Shown one piece after another: positions 37,791 to 52,369 of a DNA stretch of 64,000 nt; position 1 is the stretch's first letter, and each line of letters begins with the position of its first letter. The DNA comes from Octopus sinensis (Eukaryota). The stretch is from positions 127,410,001 to 127,474,000 of the forward strand of contig NC_042999.1 in assembly GCF_006345805.1 (NCBI RefSeq). Direction: 5' to 3'. The translations under genes and the position numbers were made by a program. The notes beneath the pieces were generated by a model that made no database searches, was not told the origin of the DNA, and was given only the letters and a program-made list of their open reading frames with translations.

Positions 37791-39760
37791 CAGTGATATG
37801 CACCCTTTTTGGGGGGTGGGAAGCATAGCCCACAATATTATTTTTTATATTACCATTGACCCACATAATGTTAACTAAATAAAACCAAAAGTCAGTGTTC
37901 AAGGAGAAATTTTATTCAAATTGTATAAAAACCACGAATAAAAAAGCTAATACCATAAATAGTATACAGATTCAATAGCTTCCTTATTCCTGTCTTGCAC
38001 TCAGGGAGCCCCAACTGATTTTCAGAGACCGATTTAATTTCATTCCTGTACTATTTTCATTAATATTTAGATTGCTTCTCTTCTGGCTGAATATATTGCT
38101 GATAGCAGAAAAGCCTGCTTCCTTAAACCAAGTGGTTAGAAAAGAAATTATGGCTGAATCCACCAGCTTAAAATTTTTTGGTGTCAGCAATTAACAAAAC
38201 TCTATAACCCTTTCATGTTCAATTTTCCTTAAGTAGTTGGATATATTCTTTCAAATTCAGTAGTTTCTCAACATGGCTTGTAGCTTCTTAAACGAGAGTA
38301 TTATAATGGTATTTTCACATTCAAAATAACTTGAAATCAAATTTTGAAAATCTTTTATTAGCTGCTTATAAGCTTTAAGGAGTCTTATAGTCTAAGCATA
38401 TATGAAAATAAAAGATTAGTCTACTGCAATGTTTTTTTTTTCCAGTTGTCCCTTACTAGTTTCAAAGGCCTTCTAGTTCATGAGTGCTGCCTTTTTTCTG
38501 AATAAATCATTGAAAAAGCTAAAAAAACTTAGAGAATTTCAGTGGAAATTTGCAAATCCTCATCAAATATTATTTATTGCATTGTTATTTGCAAACTTTT
38601 TGAAAACAACCAAGTTGGTTATTCACAAAATCTCTGATTTTTTTTGAGAAATTTTCAAAAGATGGCATTTTTTCCTTATGTTATTAGATTTAATTCATTA
38701 GTTGTCATTTTTTATTTATATTTGGTCAATTCAGTGATGATTTGAAGTGTAAAATGTTGGTTAGTGCCTTCCACAATTTAAATATTCTATTGAGGTTATT
38801 GCCCTTGGTTAGCTACCATACTTCTGTATGTAACAACAAAGTTTTAAATTCCACATCAATACAAAATTACTTCAAAACATTTTGATTAAAAGAATTAGCT
38901 ATTGATAAAATTAATTGCTGAGACCACAACAGAAAGAAGAGCCTTCTTCATAATATCACCAAAATGTTTTGCCTCCAGGTGCTGTCTATTGATAATGCTT
39001 TGCACATGTACAATATTTGGCACAATTTCTTTCATTCTTTTTATAAATATTCTTTCTTTACCAATCATCATACCAGTGCATTCTGAACTAATATGAATAA
39101 AACTTTTCAGTGGAATGTGCTTATCTCTAGATACTGTTTCACTTAATTGAAGAGGCTCTGTCCCAGTAGTGTCATTTGAGAGACATTTCAAGAATAGCAT
39201 ATCTTCATCAAGATTGTTCATATGTTAACAAAATTGCCTGCTTATGAATATTATTTTTGTCAGTTTGCAATGAAAAATTAATATTATTATTATTATTATT
39301 ATTGTTATTTGTAAAATCTCAGTTGTTAAAGAGATGTTCAAACATTACATCAGTTTCTCTAGAAAATGGAATTTGTTTCAGAATAGACACAACCTTCCTT
39401 CCAAAAAGTATTTTTACACACTTAAACATTACAAGATTGTGTATGTGTGCAGAAAAATGCTTTTTTACTATATGATCTGAGAGGTACATACTTTAGCAAT
39501 ATATTCAAAGACCAACTGATCTCTAAATTTATTTTTCTTAAAATAATCTTTGAATTGTCACTAGAAGTAGGTTTTCTAAAATTTTGATGGATTTAAAAAA
39601 TTTGCTAGTCTTCATTTATTTGGTAACCTTGCTCTGCATTCAATACAGACAACCCCACTCCTTCCTTCACATGTTGAAAGCCAAAGCCAAGCTATAGGAA
39701 GTCTCATCCTTGAATTTCCTGTATATTGTCTCTAATTTTTTTTCAATCCTCTAACTGTAG
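37791..39760 (-). pseudogene. Decayed hAT transposon of the Buster/Charlie (ZBED5/SCAND3-like) group, near full transposase span
   Basis: Collinear minus-strand remnants: EDMLFLKCLSNDTTG...GMMIGKERIFIKRMKEIVPNIVHVQSIINRQHLEAK (38895-39221), FKTLLLHTEVW*LTKGNNLNR (~38790-38850) and SFLTTWFKEAGFSAISNIFSQKRSNLNI (37984-38190, dimerisation domain). A degenerate CAGTG end is at 37791. Confidence 0.85.
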
Positions 39761-40318
39761 TTAAAAGGAAAAAACTATCAAATTAAAAAAGAGCAAATTA
39801 ATTATATGATTGTGTAAAACTTGTGATCAATATGCATACAACTTTCTGCTGAATTTACAAATGTCAATGTGGCTTACTACAAATGTTGTGTGGCTCTGTG
39901 GAATAAGTATTGGCATGATAATTATGGAATTGTTAAGATTCTTTCTTATTACCCTCTTGTGGTTTTACATTCTAGAACAAAATGTAATGAATACATATGT
40001 GTAGGCTTTATATATAGTACATTTTTATTGTTAAAAGTAAAGCAATTTACTGTGTTGGTGGTTACTTAAAAAAGATACTTTTGCTATCCCATTTCCAAAA
40101 CATTTTAATCATAGCTAAAGTCATGTTTCATGCTTTTCTATGGTGTTGTTGATAGTGACTATTGACTTTATTATTATTATATTTGTTGTCTGTGTGAGTG
40201 AGACACACTTCAAGGTCTTTTACCTAAGCTACTGATAATATCTGAAATTTTTATGACTGCAACCATCAAATAATAAGCATGTTCCTTCATAGTTGATCAT
40301 GATCGCTATTTTTATAAA

Positions 40319-40372
<54 letters not shown>

Positions 40373-40403
40373 TATTATTATTATTATTATTATTATTATA
40401 AGA

Positions 40404-40618
40404 AAGGCTGAGAGCTGGCAGAATCATTAGCACACCAGGTGAAATGCTTAGTGGGATTTCATCCGTCTACATGTTCTGAGTTCAAATGCTACCGAGGTTG
40501 ATTTGGCTTAAATCCTTTCAGGGTCGATAAATTAAGTACCAGTGAAACACTGGGGTCGATGTAATTGACTAGTCACCTCCCTCAAAATTTCAGGCCTTGT
40601 GCCTTTAGTAGAAAGGAT
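40404..40618 (+). mobile_element. tRNA-derived SINE, full length
   Basis: Head AAGGCTGAGAGCTGGCAGAATC, B-box GAGTTCAAAT and central ATCCTTTCAGGGTCGATAAATTAAGTACCAG. Confidence 0.85.
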
Positions 40619-40664
40619 TTTTTTTTTTTTTAAATTTTAAACAAAACGAAAAAACAATTTCTAG

Positions 40665-40839
40665 GAAGGGGATAAGTCAATTAGATCGATCTATGTTCAC
40701 TGGTACTTAATTTACCAACCCTGAAAGGATGCCAGGTAAAGTTAACCTCAGAGGAATTTGATCTCAGAACGTAGTGATGGGCGAAATACCACTAAGCATT
40801 TCGTCCAGCATGCTGATGGTTCTGCCAGCTCGCTGCCTT
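40665..40839 (-). mobile_element. Same SINE family, inverted (tail-to-tail with 40404-40618)
   Basis: CACTGGTACTTAATTTACCAACCCTGAAAGGAT...CACTAAGCATTTC...TTCTGCCAGCTCGCTGCCTT. Confidence 0.85.
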
Positions 40840-41283
40840 AAATAATAATTATAATAATGATAAAATAATAATAATAATAATGATAAATTGTTTTAACATC
40901 CACCATTTGATGCTTGTTTGGGGTTGGATGGAATTTACTGAGGCAAATTTTCTAAGGTTCTTAAAAGCTCTTTCTGTCACCAACCTTCACCATTTTCCAA
41001 GCAAAGTAATTCCCCATAACTGGGCATGTTTTCGTAGAAGACTGGAAACAAGAGACACTGTTTGTATGACAGTGACACTCGTTTACAACTATCATGCCAT
41101 GTCCAGACAAGAAGACACCAACACATAATGTTGGGCTTCTCCCTGTTTCCACCTACCAAATACTAGGCTTTGTTTGGACTGGGGCTATAGTTGAAGACAC
41201 CAAGAATGTTACACAGTGGGATTGAACTTGAAAGCATGGGGTTGGGAAGTAGACGTCTCAACCACACAACTGTATCTGCACCT

Positions 41284-41336
<53 letters not shown>

Positions 41337-42084
41337 ATAATGGTGTGTGTTTAATAAAACATTTTATTTATTTATAATGACATAGTGTTGGCTTCCATGG
41401 GTCCCACACAAGCACTCGCAGATGCTATAATGAGGAAAAAGGTTAAAGTAAAAAAGTAGTGATTTATGTGTGCCATTAAAATGAGATAAAAGAAACCAAC
41501 TCCAGAAAATGACTGCTGTCATTATGTGCCAGGAAGAAAAGCACATGTTAACAGTGAATTCATCCTGTAAACACTACTGAGAGCCAAGCAAGTGAGTCGT
41601 AGATAGAGAATGGCTACCTCATAAACAAAGATATTATCTACAGTTAGCCACCATAAGTTGCCTTAAAAATAGGCAACAATATAAAAAATAGGCAACAATA
41701 TAAAAAATAGGCAAAAATATAAAAAATAAACGATCATTGAAGTTTGAACACTTAAGGATTTACTTCACAATTTTTTCTAGATTAAATCTCATTTCTAAAT
41801 TGTGTTATTTTTCAAAAAAAAAATATTGTTGTGTGTGTGTGTGTTATTAGGGTAGGATTTCACAAATTAGTAATAAAAAGCACTGATAAGAAAGAAATTG
41901 TTATTATGCTCTATCATGGCTGCAGTCAAATGACTGAAACAAGTAAAAGAATAAAAGAATAAATGTAAGTAGTACATGAAGCAGGTGAAAACAGACTCCA
42001 AGTCCTTTTGATTTTTGCTTAATAACTGCTCATTTATTTTGGACTTCTCGTTCTTTCTGCTGTGATATTGGTATAATGGTTTAA

Positions 42085-42302
42085 CCCTTTAACATTTAAT
42101 CCGGCCATATCAGGCCCAAATATTCTACTTGTTTTATGTTTAAATCAACCAGATCCATTCTCTTGTACCTATTCTCCAATGTCATTCTAGAAATAAAGTC
42201 ACATTATCAAAATCTCAAAGCTACAAGATAATGCATGGTCAATTCAAAACAAGGTGAATCAATAAGCATTACATTTGACAGAGTAATCTGAACACTAAAG
42301 GG
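42085..42302 (-). mobile_element. piggyBac-type MITE family B
   Basis: TTAA-CCCTTTAACATT ... AACACTAAAGGG-TTAA. Confidence 0.8.
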
Positions 42303-42379
42303 TTAATATTACCTAAAGGTAACTGAAGTATCAGGTCTTATTATTTCAACAAACTTTTTAATAGAAATATAAACAAAAA

Positions 42380-42708
42380 AACTGGCACACTGTCAATTAC
42401 AATGACAAATGTCCTAGTTGTTCTGATCAACAGAACAGTCTGCTCATGAAATTAATCTGCAAGTTGGCTGAACACTCTACAGACGTACCTACCCTTATTG
42501 TAGTTCTCAAGGAAATTCAGTGTGACTCAGGATATGACAGGGTTGGCCCTTTGAAATACAGGTACTACACATTTTTGCCAGCTGAGTGGACTGGAGCCAT
42601 ATAAAATAAAGTGTCTTGCTCAAAGATACAACTTAATGCTGGATATCGAACTCACATCCTTATGGTCATGAGTTGAATACCCTAACCACTAAGCCCATGC
42701 ACCTTCAC
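42380..42708 (-). mobile_element. tRNA-derived SINE (family of 46227-46543)
   Basis: CCCTTTGAAATACAGGTAC...TTTTGCCAGCTGAGTGGACTGGAGC...CCCTAACCACTAAGCC. Confidence 0.8.
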
Positions 42709-44152
42709 AATAGGAAGATAGTGAAACCTGAAATACCAGGCAGAATTGAACCTGTATCATTGACTTCTCCTCCACTACTTACTATTATCCTATCTTGGTT
42801 AACTTCAAGCTAATTATCTCTTTATTATTATTTTTCATTAGTTTTCTTTTCAGTATGGTTAAGGTGGTGGAGCTGGTTAGAATCATTAACATGCTAGACA
42901 AAATACTTAACAGCATTTCGTTCATTTTTATGTTGTGAGTGAAATATAGTAAACAGAAACTGTGTGGAAGCTTGCTGCATGTGCACGCATGGGTGTGTGT
43001 GTGTGTTTGTGCATGTGCACATGCACGTGTTTGGTGCTCCTTTCACATGACAGCTTGTGTTGATTTGTTTACATCTTGTAACTTAGCAATTTTAGTATAA
43101 GAGACACATAAATACCAAGCTTAAAAATAAGTAATGGGGGCAATTTGTTAGATTAAAAACTTTTCGATGCAGTGTTCTTGCATGGCTGCAATCCAGTGAC
43201 TGAAACAAGTTAAAGACAAATGATGAAAATACTTTTTTTTATCACTTTGGAATAGGCATGTACATCTCAGCAGTGTTTAGTCCTTTTACTCTATAAATCT
43301 GACATTTGATATTCTCTATGACAAATTATTTCTCTTTGTCACAGTGCTGCCCTTTTCCTTCAAGAGAAACAGGCTGTGTCTGAAATGTTAGAACTTACCC
43401 TCTCCACATCAGTCACAAAGTTATCTTGGTATATCAATATTTATCCTTCCTTTCTAAAGTGGCAAGCTGGCAAAATTGTTTGCCTACTGGGAAAAATGTT
43501 TGCAACATTTCTTCTGGCTTTATGCTCTGAGTTCAAATTCTACTGATGTTGACTTTACTTTGCATCCTTTCGGGGTCAGTAAAAAAATGTACGAAATTGC
43601 TGGCCGTGTGCCAGAATTTAAAATCAATATTTATTCTGCCTTTCTTACTAGTACTGAAATATTCTGTTTTAAAATTTGTTATACCACATAAAAGTTAATA
43701 TGAAACAGAGTGAAGGAAGAAGCACTGCTCAATCCAGGATTTTTCTAGACTCATGAAATTGAAGTACCCAATTTGAATGCCCCACAGATCAGTCGGTGTC
43801 TGCAGGGAAAGCATGGGCTGGTGTTTACTTGTTTGAAAGCTTGCAACAAAGTTAACTTGTGTTAGGATACCTAAGCAACAAACGATGATGAAATCGTTGT
43901 TGCCGCTGCTGCTTTTTAGGCCCACGTCAGCCCTGATTAAGATCAAAGACATTCCATCTGTACCTGTTTGATTTTGAGGGTGTGTCTAGGACCACATTAG
44001 GGGCTGTGTGGTAAGAAGGTTTCTTCTCAACCATATGATTCTGGGTTCAGTGCCACTGTGTGACGCCTTGGGCATATACCTTCTACTATAGCCTCCAGCT
44101 GATCAGTCTTGTAAATGGATTTAGTGGATGGATACTAAAAGAAGCTCATTGC

Positions 44153-44240
<88 letters not shown>

Positions 44241-44869
44241 CTTTATCTCCCATCACCACTTGACATTTTGTGTTGGTTTGTTTATGTCCATGTAGCTCAG
44301 CTGTAACTTAGCGGTTTGGCATAAAAGACCAATAGAATAAATACCAGGCTTAAAAAATAATTCCAGGGGTCAATTCGTTTGATAAAAACCCTTCGAGGCA
44401 AGTACCCCAGCATGACTGAAACTAGTAAAAGATAAAGTGCCTTTTCCGTTTTTCTTTTTTTTTAAACAGTAAGTTGTGATTTGAGGGAGATTTAGGCATC
44501 AGATTTCTAGCAGGTCAAGTGATCATATAGAGGTTCCCTTGTCTTATGTTAAAGCAATGGTATTGTTAGGCATGTCACGCAAGCACAAACGTTCCTTTTA
44601 GTTAAAACCATCTCCTTGTTTGGAAGAAATTTTCGAGTCCCATGCAATTTCCTCTGATGTTACTGTTGAATTATTTCATTTCCTCTTGTTGCTATTGATG
44701 TTTTTAGTTTTGTTTGCGCCTTTTTTTACAGTTGTTATTTTAATTTCATTTTTTTTTCTTCCTTCCTTTTTTTTCCCCGTCTCATTTGACGTTAGAAACC
44801 AATCCTTCTTAGTAATACTTATCGTACTGTTAAATAGCTAAGCACACATAACACACATAGACACTCACA

Positions 44870-45635
44870 TAAACATATATATATATATATATGTTAATAA
44901 AATAGAACATATGCATATATATAAACATATATGTACGTACCTACCTCTACATGTACATATACACGCATATATGTGTACAGGACACCAAAAAGACGTCGAA
45001 CACATAGAGAGACGAAAAACATAGACACAAACCAAGGAACAAGACAAGCAAAAAAAGGAGATACAGGACAATAAGCACAACGAAAAATCCCCTTCTTCAG
45101 TCGCTAAGGTTTCATCTACTAACGTTTCGAAGGATAAAAGCGAGACGTATACTTCGAAGAAAACTTCCTTCCTGCGAAAAGCAAATCAATTAAAATTCTG
45201 AGATCTTTTCGCAGAGGGGTAAAAAAAGCAAGACGGTAACGACAGTACAAACATATAAACAGTAAAAAATATATATATAAACAGTGGAAAAATAAATATA
45301 TAACAGTGAGAGACAGGACAAGGAGAACAAGATAAGAAGGGCTGTTAACGCCAGACGAAAAAAGTATTGCAAACGCTGGATTATAGTGGACGACGAGAGA
45401 GAAAAATGTCGACCAGTAGCCTTAGAAGGCGGGCGAGAAAGACAGGATAGCAGTTACGACGGAAGTATCGTCGCAGATGGACGACGGGAATGGGGGGAGG
45501 AGCAAGAGGAAGAGAGAGAAGAAGGGGACTTGTGCGAGGAGACCATGAAGAATGGTGAAAGGGAGAAGAGAGATGAAGAATGAGAGAGAGAGGAAGAGAC
45601 AAGTTAAGTGAGGGAAAAAAGACGAAAAAGGGAGT
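44870..45635 (-). mobile_element. CpG-rich ~760-bp non-coding element between (TA)n tracts, possibly Penelope-like
   Basis: Abrupt CpG-rich, strand-asymmetric insert bounded by (TA)n. The minus strand has CGAAACGTT and CTGAAGAAGGGG hammerhead-core words (45085-45135). Confidence 0.4.
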
Positions 45636-45651
45636 ATATATATATATATAC

Positions 45652-45702
<51 letters not shown>

Positions 45703-45799
45703 GTATTTATATATATATGTAACGTGTATATTATATATATATATATATATTATATATATATATATTATATATATGTACGTGTATTATATATATATATAG

Positions 45800-45836
<37 letters not shown>

Positions 45837-45840
45837 GTAC

Positions 45841-45883
<43 letters not shown>

Positions 45884-45895
45884 CATATATATATA

Positions 45896-45959
<64 letters not shown>

Positions 45960-45974
45960 CTACATATATACACA

Positions 45975-46011
<37 letters not shown>

Positions 46012-46035
46012 CATACATATATACACATCTATATA

Positions 46036-46071
<36 letters not shown>

Positions 46072-46149
46072 CATACATATATATATATATACATACATAT
46101 ATATATATATATAATATATATATCTATATTATATATATATATATATATA

Positions 46150-46195
<46 letters not shown>

Positions 46196-46576
46196 CATAT
46201 ATATGTATTTATATATATATATTTTAAAGACTCCGCCGGTTACGACGACGGGGGTCCCAGCTGATACGATCAACGGACAGGTTGCTCGTGAAATAACGTG
46301 CAAATGGCTGAGCATTCCACAGCACGTGTACCCTTAACGTAGTTCTCGGGGATAATCAGCGTGACACAGAGAGTGACAAGGCTGACCCTTTGAAAATACA
46401 GTACAACTCATTTTTGCCAGCTGAGTGGACTGGAGCAACGTGAAATAAAGCGTCTTGCTCAAGACACAACGCGTCGCCGGGAATCGAACTCACAACCTTA
46501 CGATCATGAGCCGAATGCCCTAACCACTAACCACGCGCCCTCACATATATATATATATATATACATACATATATAG

Positions 46577-46610
<34 letters not shown>

Positions 46611-46882
46611 ACATACATATATTTATTATATATATATATATCATATATATATATACATACATATATATGTATTTATATATATATATATATATATATTATA
46701 TCATCCTATATATTATATATATATATATATAATCTATATAGTATTATATATATCATACATATATTGTATTTATATATATATATATATTAGATATATATAT
46801 ATATATATATATATACATACATATATATGTATTTATATATATAATAATATATATATATAGATATATATACATACAATATATG

Positions 46883-46921
<39 letters not shown>

Positions 46922-46939
46922 TATACATACATATATATG

Positions 46940-46974
<35 letters not shown>

Positions 46975-47085
46975 CATATATGATTTATAGTATATATATA
47001 TATATATATATATATACATACTATATATGTATTTATATATATATTATATATATATAGATATATATACATACATATATATGTATTT

Positions 47086-47121
<36 letters not shown>

Positions 47122-47265
47122 CATACATATATATGTATTTATATATATATATATATATAATATATATATAACTACATACATTATATGTATTTATATATAA
47201 TATCTATATATATATATATATATATATACATATATAATATATATATATATATATATAGATATACA

Positions 47266-47306
<41 letters not shown>

Positions 47307-47557
47307 CATAGATATGTATTTATATATTATATATATATATCTATATCTATATATATATATACATACATCTATATGTATTTATATATATATCTATATACTT
47401 ACATATATATGTATTTATATATCTATATATATATATATATTCATACATATATATGTATTTTATATAATATATATATCTAATATATATATATATATATATA
47501 CATACATATATATGTATTTATATATATATATTATATATATATACATACATATATATG

Positions 47558-47588
<31 letters not shown>

Positions 47589-47786
47589 CTATATACATCC
47601 ATATATATGTATTTATATATATATATATACATACCTATCTATTTTATATATATATATATATATATATACATATATATGTATTATATATACTATATATATA
47701 TCTATATATATAATATAACATCCATATATGTATTGATTATATATATATATATATATCTCTATATATATACATACATATTATTGTAT

Positions 47787-47821
<35 letters not shown>

Positions 47822-47831
47822 CATATATATG

Positions 47832-47871
<40 letters not shown>

Positions 47872-48691
47872 CATATATATGTATTTATATCTATATATAT
47901 ATATTATATATATATACATACTATATTGTATTACATATATCTATATATATATATGTTATATATATATATATATATCTATATACATATATATATATATATC
48001 TCTATATATATCTATATATACCTATATATAGTATTTATATATATATATTACATACATATATATGTATTTATATATATATATTATTCTATATATATCTATA
48101 TATATATGATTTATATATATATATATATATATTATCTATCTATATATATATATTATATATATATATTCTATATATACATACATAATATGGATGTAGATAT
48201 AGATATATATAGAGAGATATATATATAGATATAGAATAACATACATATATATGTATGATATATATAGAAGATATATAGATATGATATATAATCAATACAG
48301 ATATATGTATTGTATATATAGATATATATATATAGATAGAGATATATAGAGACATACATAGGAGGTATTTATATATATATATATGAGAGATAGAGATATA
48401 CATACATAGATATGTATTTCAATATAGATATATTATATAGAGTATATATACAGACATATATATGTATGTAGATATATATATATATAGATATATAGAGAGA
48501 CATACATAATATTATGGAGATATATATATATATAATATATATAGATATATTACATACATATAGATGGAGTTATAGATATATATATATATATATTAGACGT
48601 ACATACTAGGAGGCTAGGGATAGAGATAGATATATATATATATATATATATAATATACTACAGAGATATATATATATATATATGTTAGATA

Positions 48692-48735
<44 letters not shown>

Positions 48736-49332
48736 CAGACATATATATGTATTTATGATATATATATATATATATAGATATATATATATAGTATACATAC
48801 ATATATATGTATTATATATATATATATATATATATACATACATATATATGTATTTATATATATAATATTATTATATATATACATACATATATATGTATTT
48901 ATATATATATATATATAGATATAGATATTATATAGTGAGATACATACATATATATGTATTAGATTATATATATATAGAGATATATATACATACATATATA
49001 TGTATTTATATCGATAGATATATATATATAGACTATATAGACATACATATTATGTATTTATATATATAGATACATCATATATAGGGATTGATATATAGAT
49101 ATATAGATATATAGAGATACATATATATGTATTTAGATATATATATAATATATAGAGATATATATATATACATACATATATAGGTATTTATATATATATA
49201 TTATATATATATATATATACATACATATATATGTATTTATATATATATATATATATATATATTATACATACATATATATGTATTTATATATATATAATAT
49301 ATTATATATTAGATATATACATACATATATGG

Positions 49333-49371
<39 letters not shown>

Positions 49372-49740
49372 CATACATATATATGTATTTATATATATAT
49401 ATACATACATATATATGTATTATATATATATATCTATATATGATATATATATATATAGTTATATATATATATATATTATATATACATACATATATATGTA
49501 TTTATATATATATATATACATACATATATATGTATTATTATATATAGATATATTATATATATATATATATATATGTATTGTATATATATAATATATATAT
49601 ATATATCATATATATATATATATATATATATAGATATATATATATATATTATACATACATATATATGTATTGAATATATTAATATATAATACATATATGT
49701 ATTATATATATATATACATACTATATATGTATTTATTATA

Positions 49741-49781
<41 letters not shown>

Positions 49782-49830
49782 TACACACACACGTACGTAC
49801 ATACATACATGGATATATGTTTGTGTGTGT
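45636..49830. repeat. ~4.2-kb degenerate (TA)n satellite with recurring ATACATACATATATATGTATTT unit
   Basis: Seen directly. It is interrupted by one SINE and is noisy between ~47.6 and 49.3 kb. Confidence 0.95.
46227..46543 (-). mobile_element. tRNA-derived SINE, full length and CpG-intact (young)
   Basis: Minus head GAGGGCGCGTGGTTAGTGGTTAGGGC (A box), GAGTTCGATTCCC (B box) and tail CGTCGTCGTAACCGGCGGAGTC. Confidence 0.9.
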
Positions 49831-52369
49831 GACATATGTGTGTATATAATAGAGAAGACAAAACGAAACCAACAGGTCATTCAGTTTAGTTTACACACAC
49901 ACACATAAATACTCCCATGATCATAATAAAATCCATTCAGTATTCAGTGAATACCATTTGAAGTGTCTTTGCAGGAGTTTTGTTTTGCGTTCACATGATA
50001 TTGAATCCCTTTCTACATCGTCTTGCTTTTCACAAACATGTTCACCCTTTATTCAGAAATTTCGTTCTCTGTTGCTCTCCCTCTTACGTGTAAACACAAC
50101 ACATAAACAATTTCTCCTTCTTCTCTCTCTTTCTCATTATGTACATACACATAATCACATACACAATTATTCTGTCTGTCTCACACACATTCAAACACAA
50201 ACACACAATGGAAAGTAAAACAAAATTGCATATATACCCATGTGGCTTTCTATTCTAGATTTCATCTATTCATCATTGTCTTTCAGCAAACTACTCCATT
50301 TTCCTTTTATTGTGGTGGTGTTGGTGCTGATGACGATCATCATCATCATCATACTAATGCTGCTGCTGCTGCTGATGATAATGATGATCACGGCCATGGT
50401 AATAGCGATCCATGATCGAAGAGAATGACGGGAGTGTCGTAATTGTTTGTTTTACTCTACGACACGGTTCTGGTTCCTTATAGATATTTCCCTCCAATGA
50501 CGTCATACGTTCGCCACCATTCCCTATAGATAAATTTCTAGACTTATGATGTCTTAGGAAGCAATATTATATAAAGTTAGTTACTATTTCTGTTGTTAAA
50601 ATAACAACTGAGAGTTTCACACTAGATACTTGACATTATTGTTATTACTGTTGTTTAGTGCTAGCAGACTTATCATCAGTGTCTTGCCCATCATAACCAT
50701 CCCAACTTTGAAGTGTTATCCAGGATCTACTTTTTCTAATCTTTAATCTGTTACTTGTTCCAGTCGCTGAACTGCAGCCATGCCAGGGCCACTGTCTTTA
50801 AAGGGTTTATCCAAACAACCACCCCCATCAGTACTTATTTTTTAAAGTCTACTGGTCTCTCTGTAGCCAAAATACTTAAGTTATGATGTAAACAAACCAA
50901 TGCTGCTTGTCAAATGGGGGACGCACACAAAGATACTCATGTACGTGCATGCGCGCATATCTGAAGGCCTTCCACGCAGTTTTCGTCCATCAAACTCATA
51001 ACTCTTTAGTTGGTTTGGGGCTGTAGTAGAAGACACTTGCCCAAGGTCTTGCCTACTTGCACAGTGGAACTAAACCTAAAACCATGTGGTTGCAAAATGA
51101 GCTTCTCAACCAAACGGCCATGCGTGTACATATATTGGTACCTTACCAACATAGTATTATTTCAAATTCAGTTTAAATGAAAAACTTGTAAGTTCACAAA
51201 TTTTTGGAGTTCTTTTAAAATTTGTATTTTCAACTGTGAGCATGTAACAAATCCTCATCCTGACCAGATTCCAATGCTGGATGTTCAAGAACCAAATGAA
51301 GGGCAAATTTTCAAACCCAGGATCATCCTGATTCCAATAAGGTATAATATGTCTATGTAGAACAAATATAGACTGAGATACAGAGGTCCCAGATAGACAG
51401 AATTTTGCATTTATTATTATAGATAAAGTTATTTGACTAAAGTTCTTCATTATTTTCACAATCAATTGAAACAGAAACAGTATGTTTCAACAGAAATATA
51501 GTAATAAATGAGTTAAAGGTTAACTATGAAGCATTAGTTTTACATATTCTGGATTAGCCTAACTAAATTTTCTGATTCAAGAATATGGATTATCTATGAT
51601 GACACTCTGCCTTTTTGCTAGAAATACAATGGAGCATTTGAAAGTAGGTTATAGTGTGAATTTATTTTGTCTAGTTTACAGAGTTCAAAGTGTAGATAAA
51701 CCTTAACTAATTTTGGAAGTCATCTAGAAAATTTGCTGCAAGGGATTTGCCGTTTAGGACTAATTACAGATACCATTATACTTAAAATGAGTAAACATTG
51801 TACTTAATTATGTCAATTGTAGGGAAGCCTCTTTCTTGGGTGATTGTGGATCACAGACAATTCTTTTTTGTTTATCTATTATATATATATGAGTGTGTGT
51901 GTGTGTTTGCGTGTATGTATGTGTGTGTTTGTCTCTTTTTCTGCCATCCTCTTCCTCCTCTTTAAGTGCTGTTTTGGAAAAAAACTCCACCCATATCCTG
52001 CAGAGATCATTTCTAATGTAGAACTACTGCACGATTTGAGTGGGATTCAGTGCAGTTGATATTTTGGTTTGAAATGTTGAAGGTTATAATTGATGGGAAC
52101 AGAAGTGAATGAGAGCTGGGGCGTGGTGGGGGATAGGGTGGAAAAAAGTTCTAGAAAACTTTAGTAAGGAAGATTGTTGATGATTATTTAGTGCATGTTG
52201 TTTAATATAATAGTGGCAGCAGTAAATGAACTTTGCACCAAAGAGCCTAGTATTCAGTTAGCTTGTTTTAAAACTTTAGTCACAAAATTATATTGAGTTC
52301 TTATATAGACATATGGTCATATATTTTTGTGGAGAGGACTGCCAGTTATATCAACCAACTCCTGTACTG

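Noticed and set aside
13264-41730. Small tandem duplications (21 bp x2 at 13264-13305; ~19 bp x3 at 41664-41725)
   Set aside because: Ordinary slippage products with no sign of function.
46460-46543. tRNA-like A/B boxes (also at 18810-18887 and 36104-36270)
   Set aside because: They are SINE heads continuing into SINE bodies, with no complete cloverleaf.
7919-49880. Long Y/I/M/C/H-rich ORFs (up to 483 aa) in the ORF track
   Set aside because: They are translations of (TA)n/(TG)n microsatellites that lack stop codons, not proteins.
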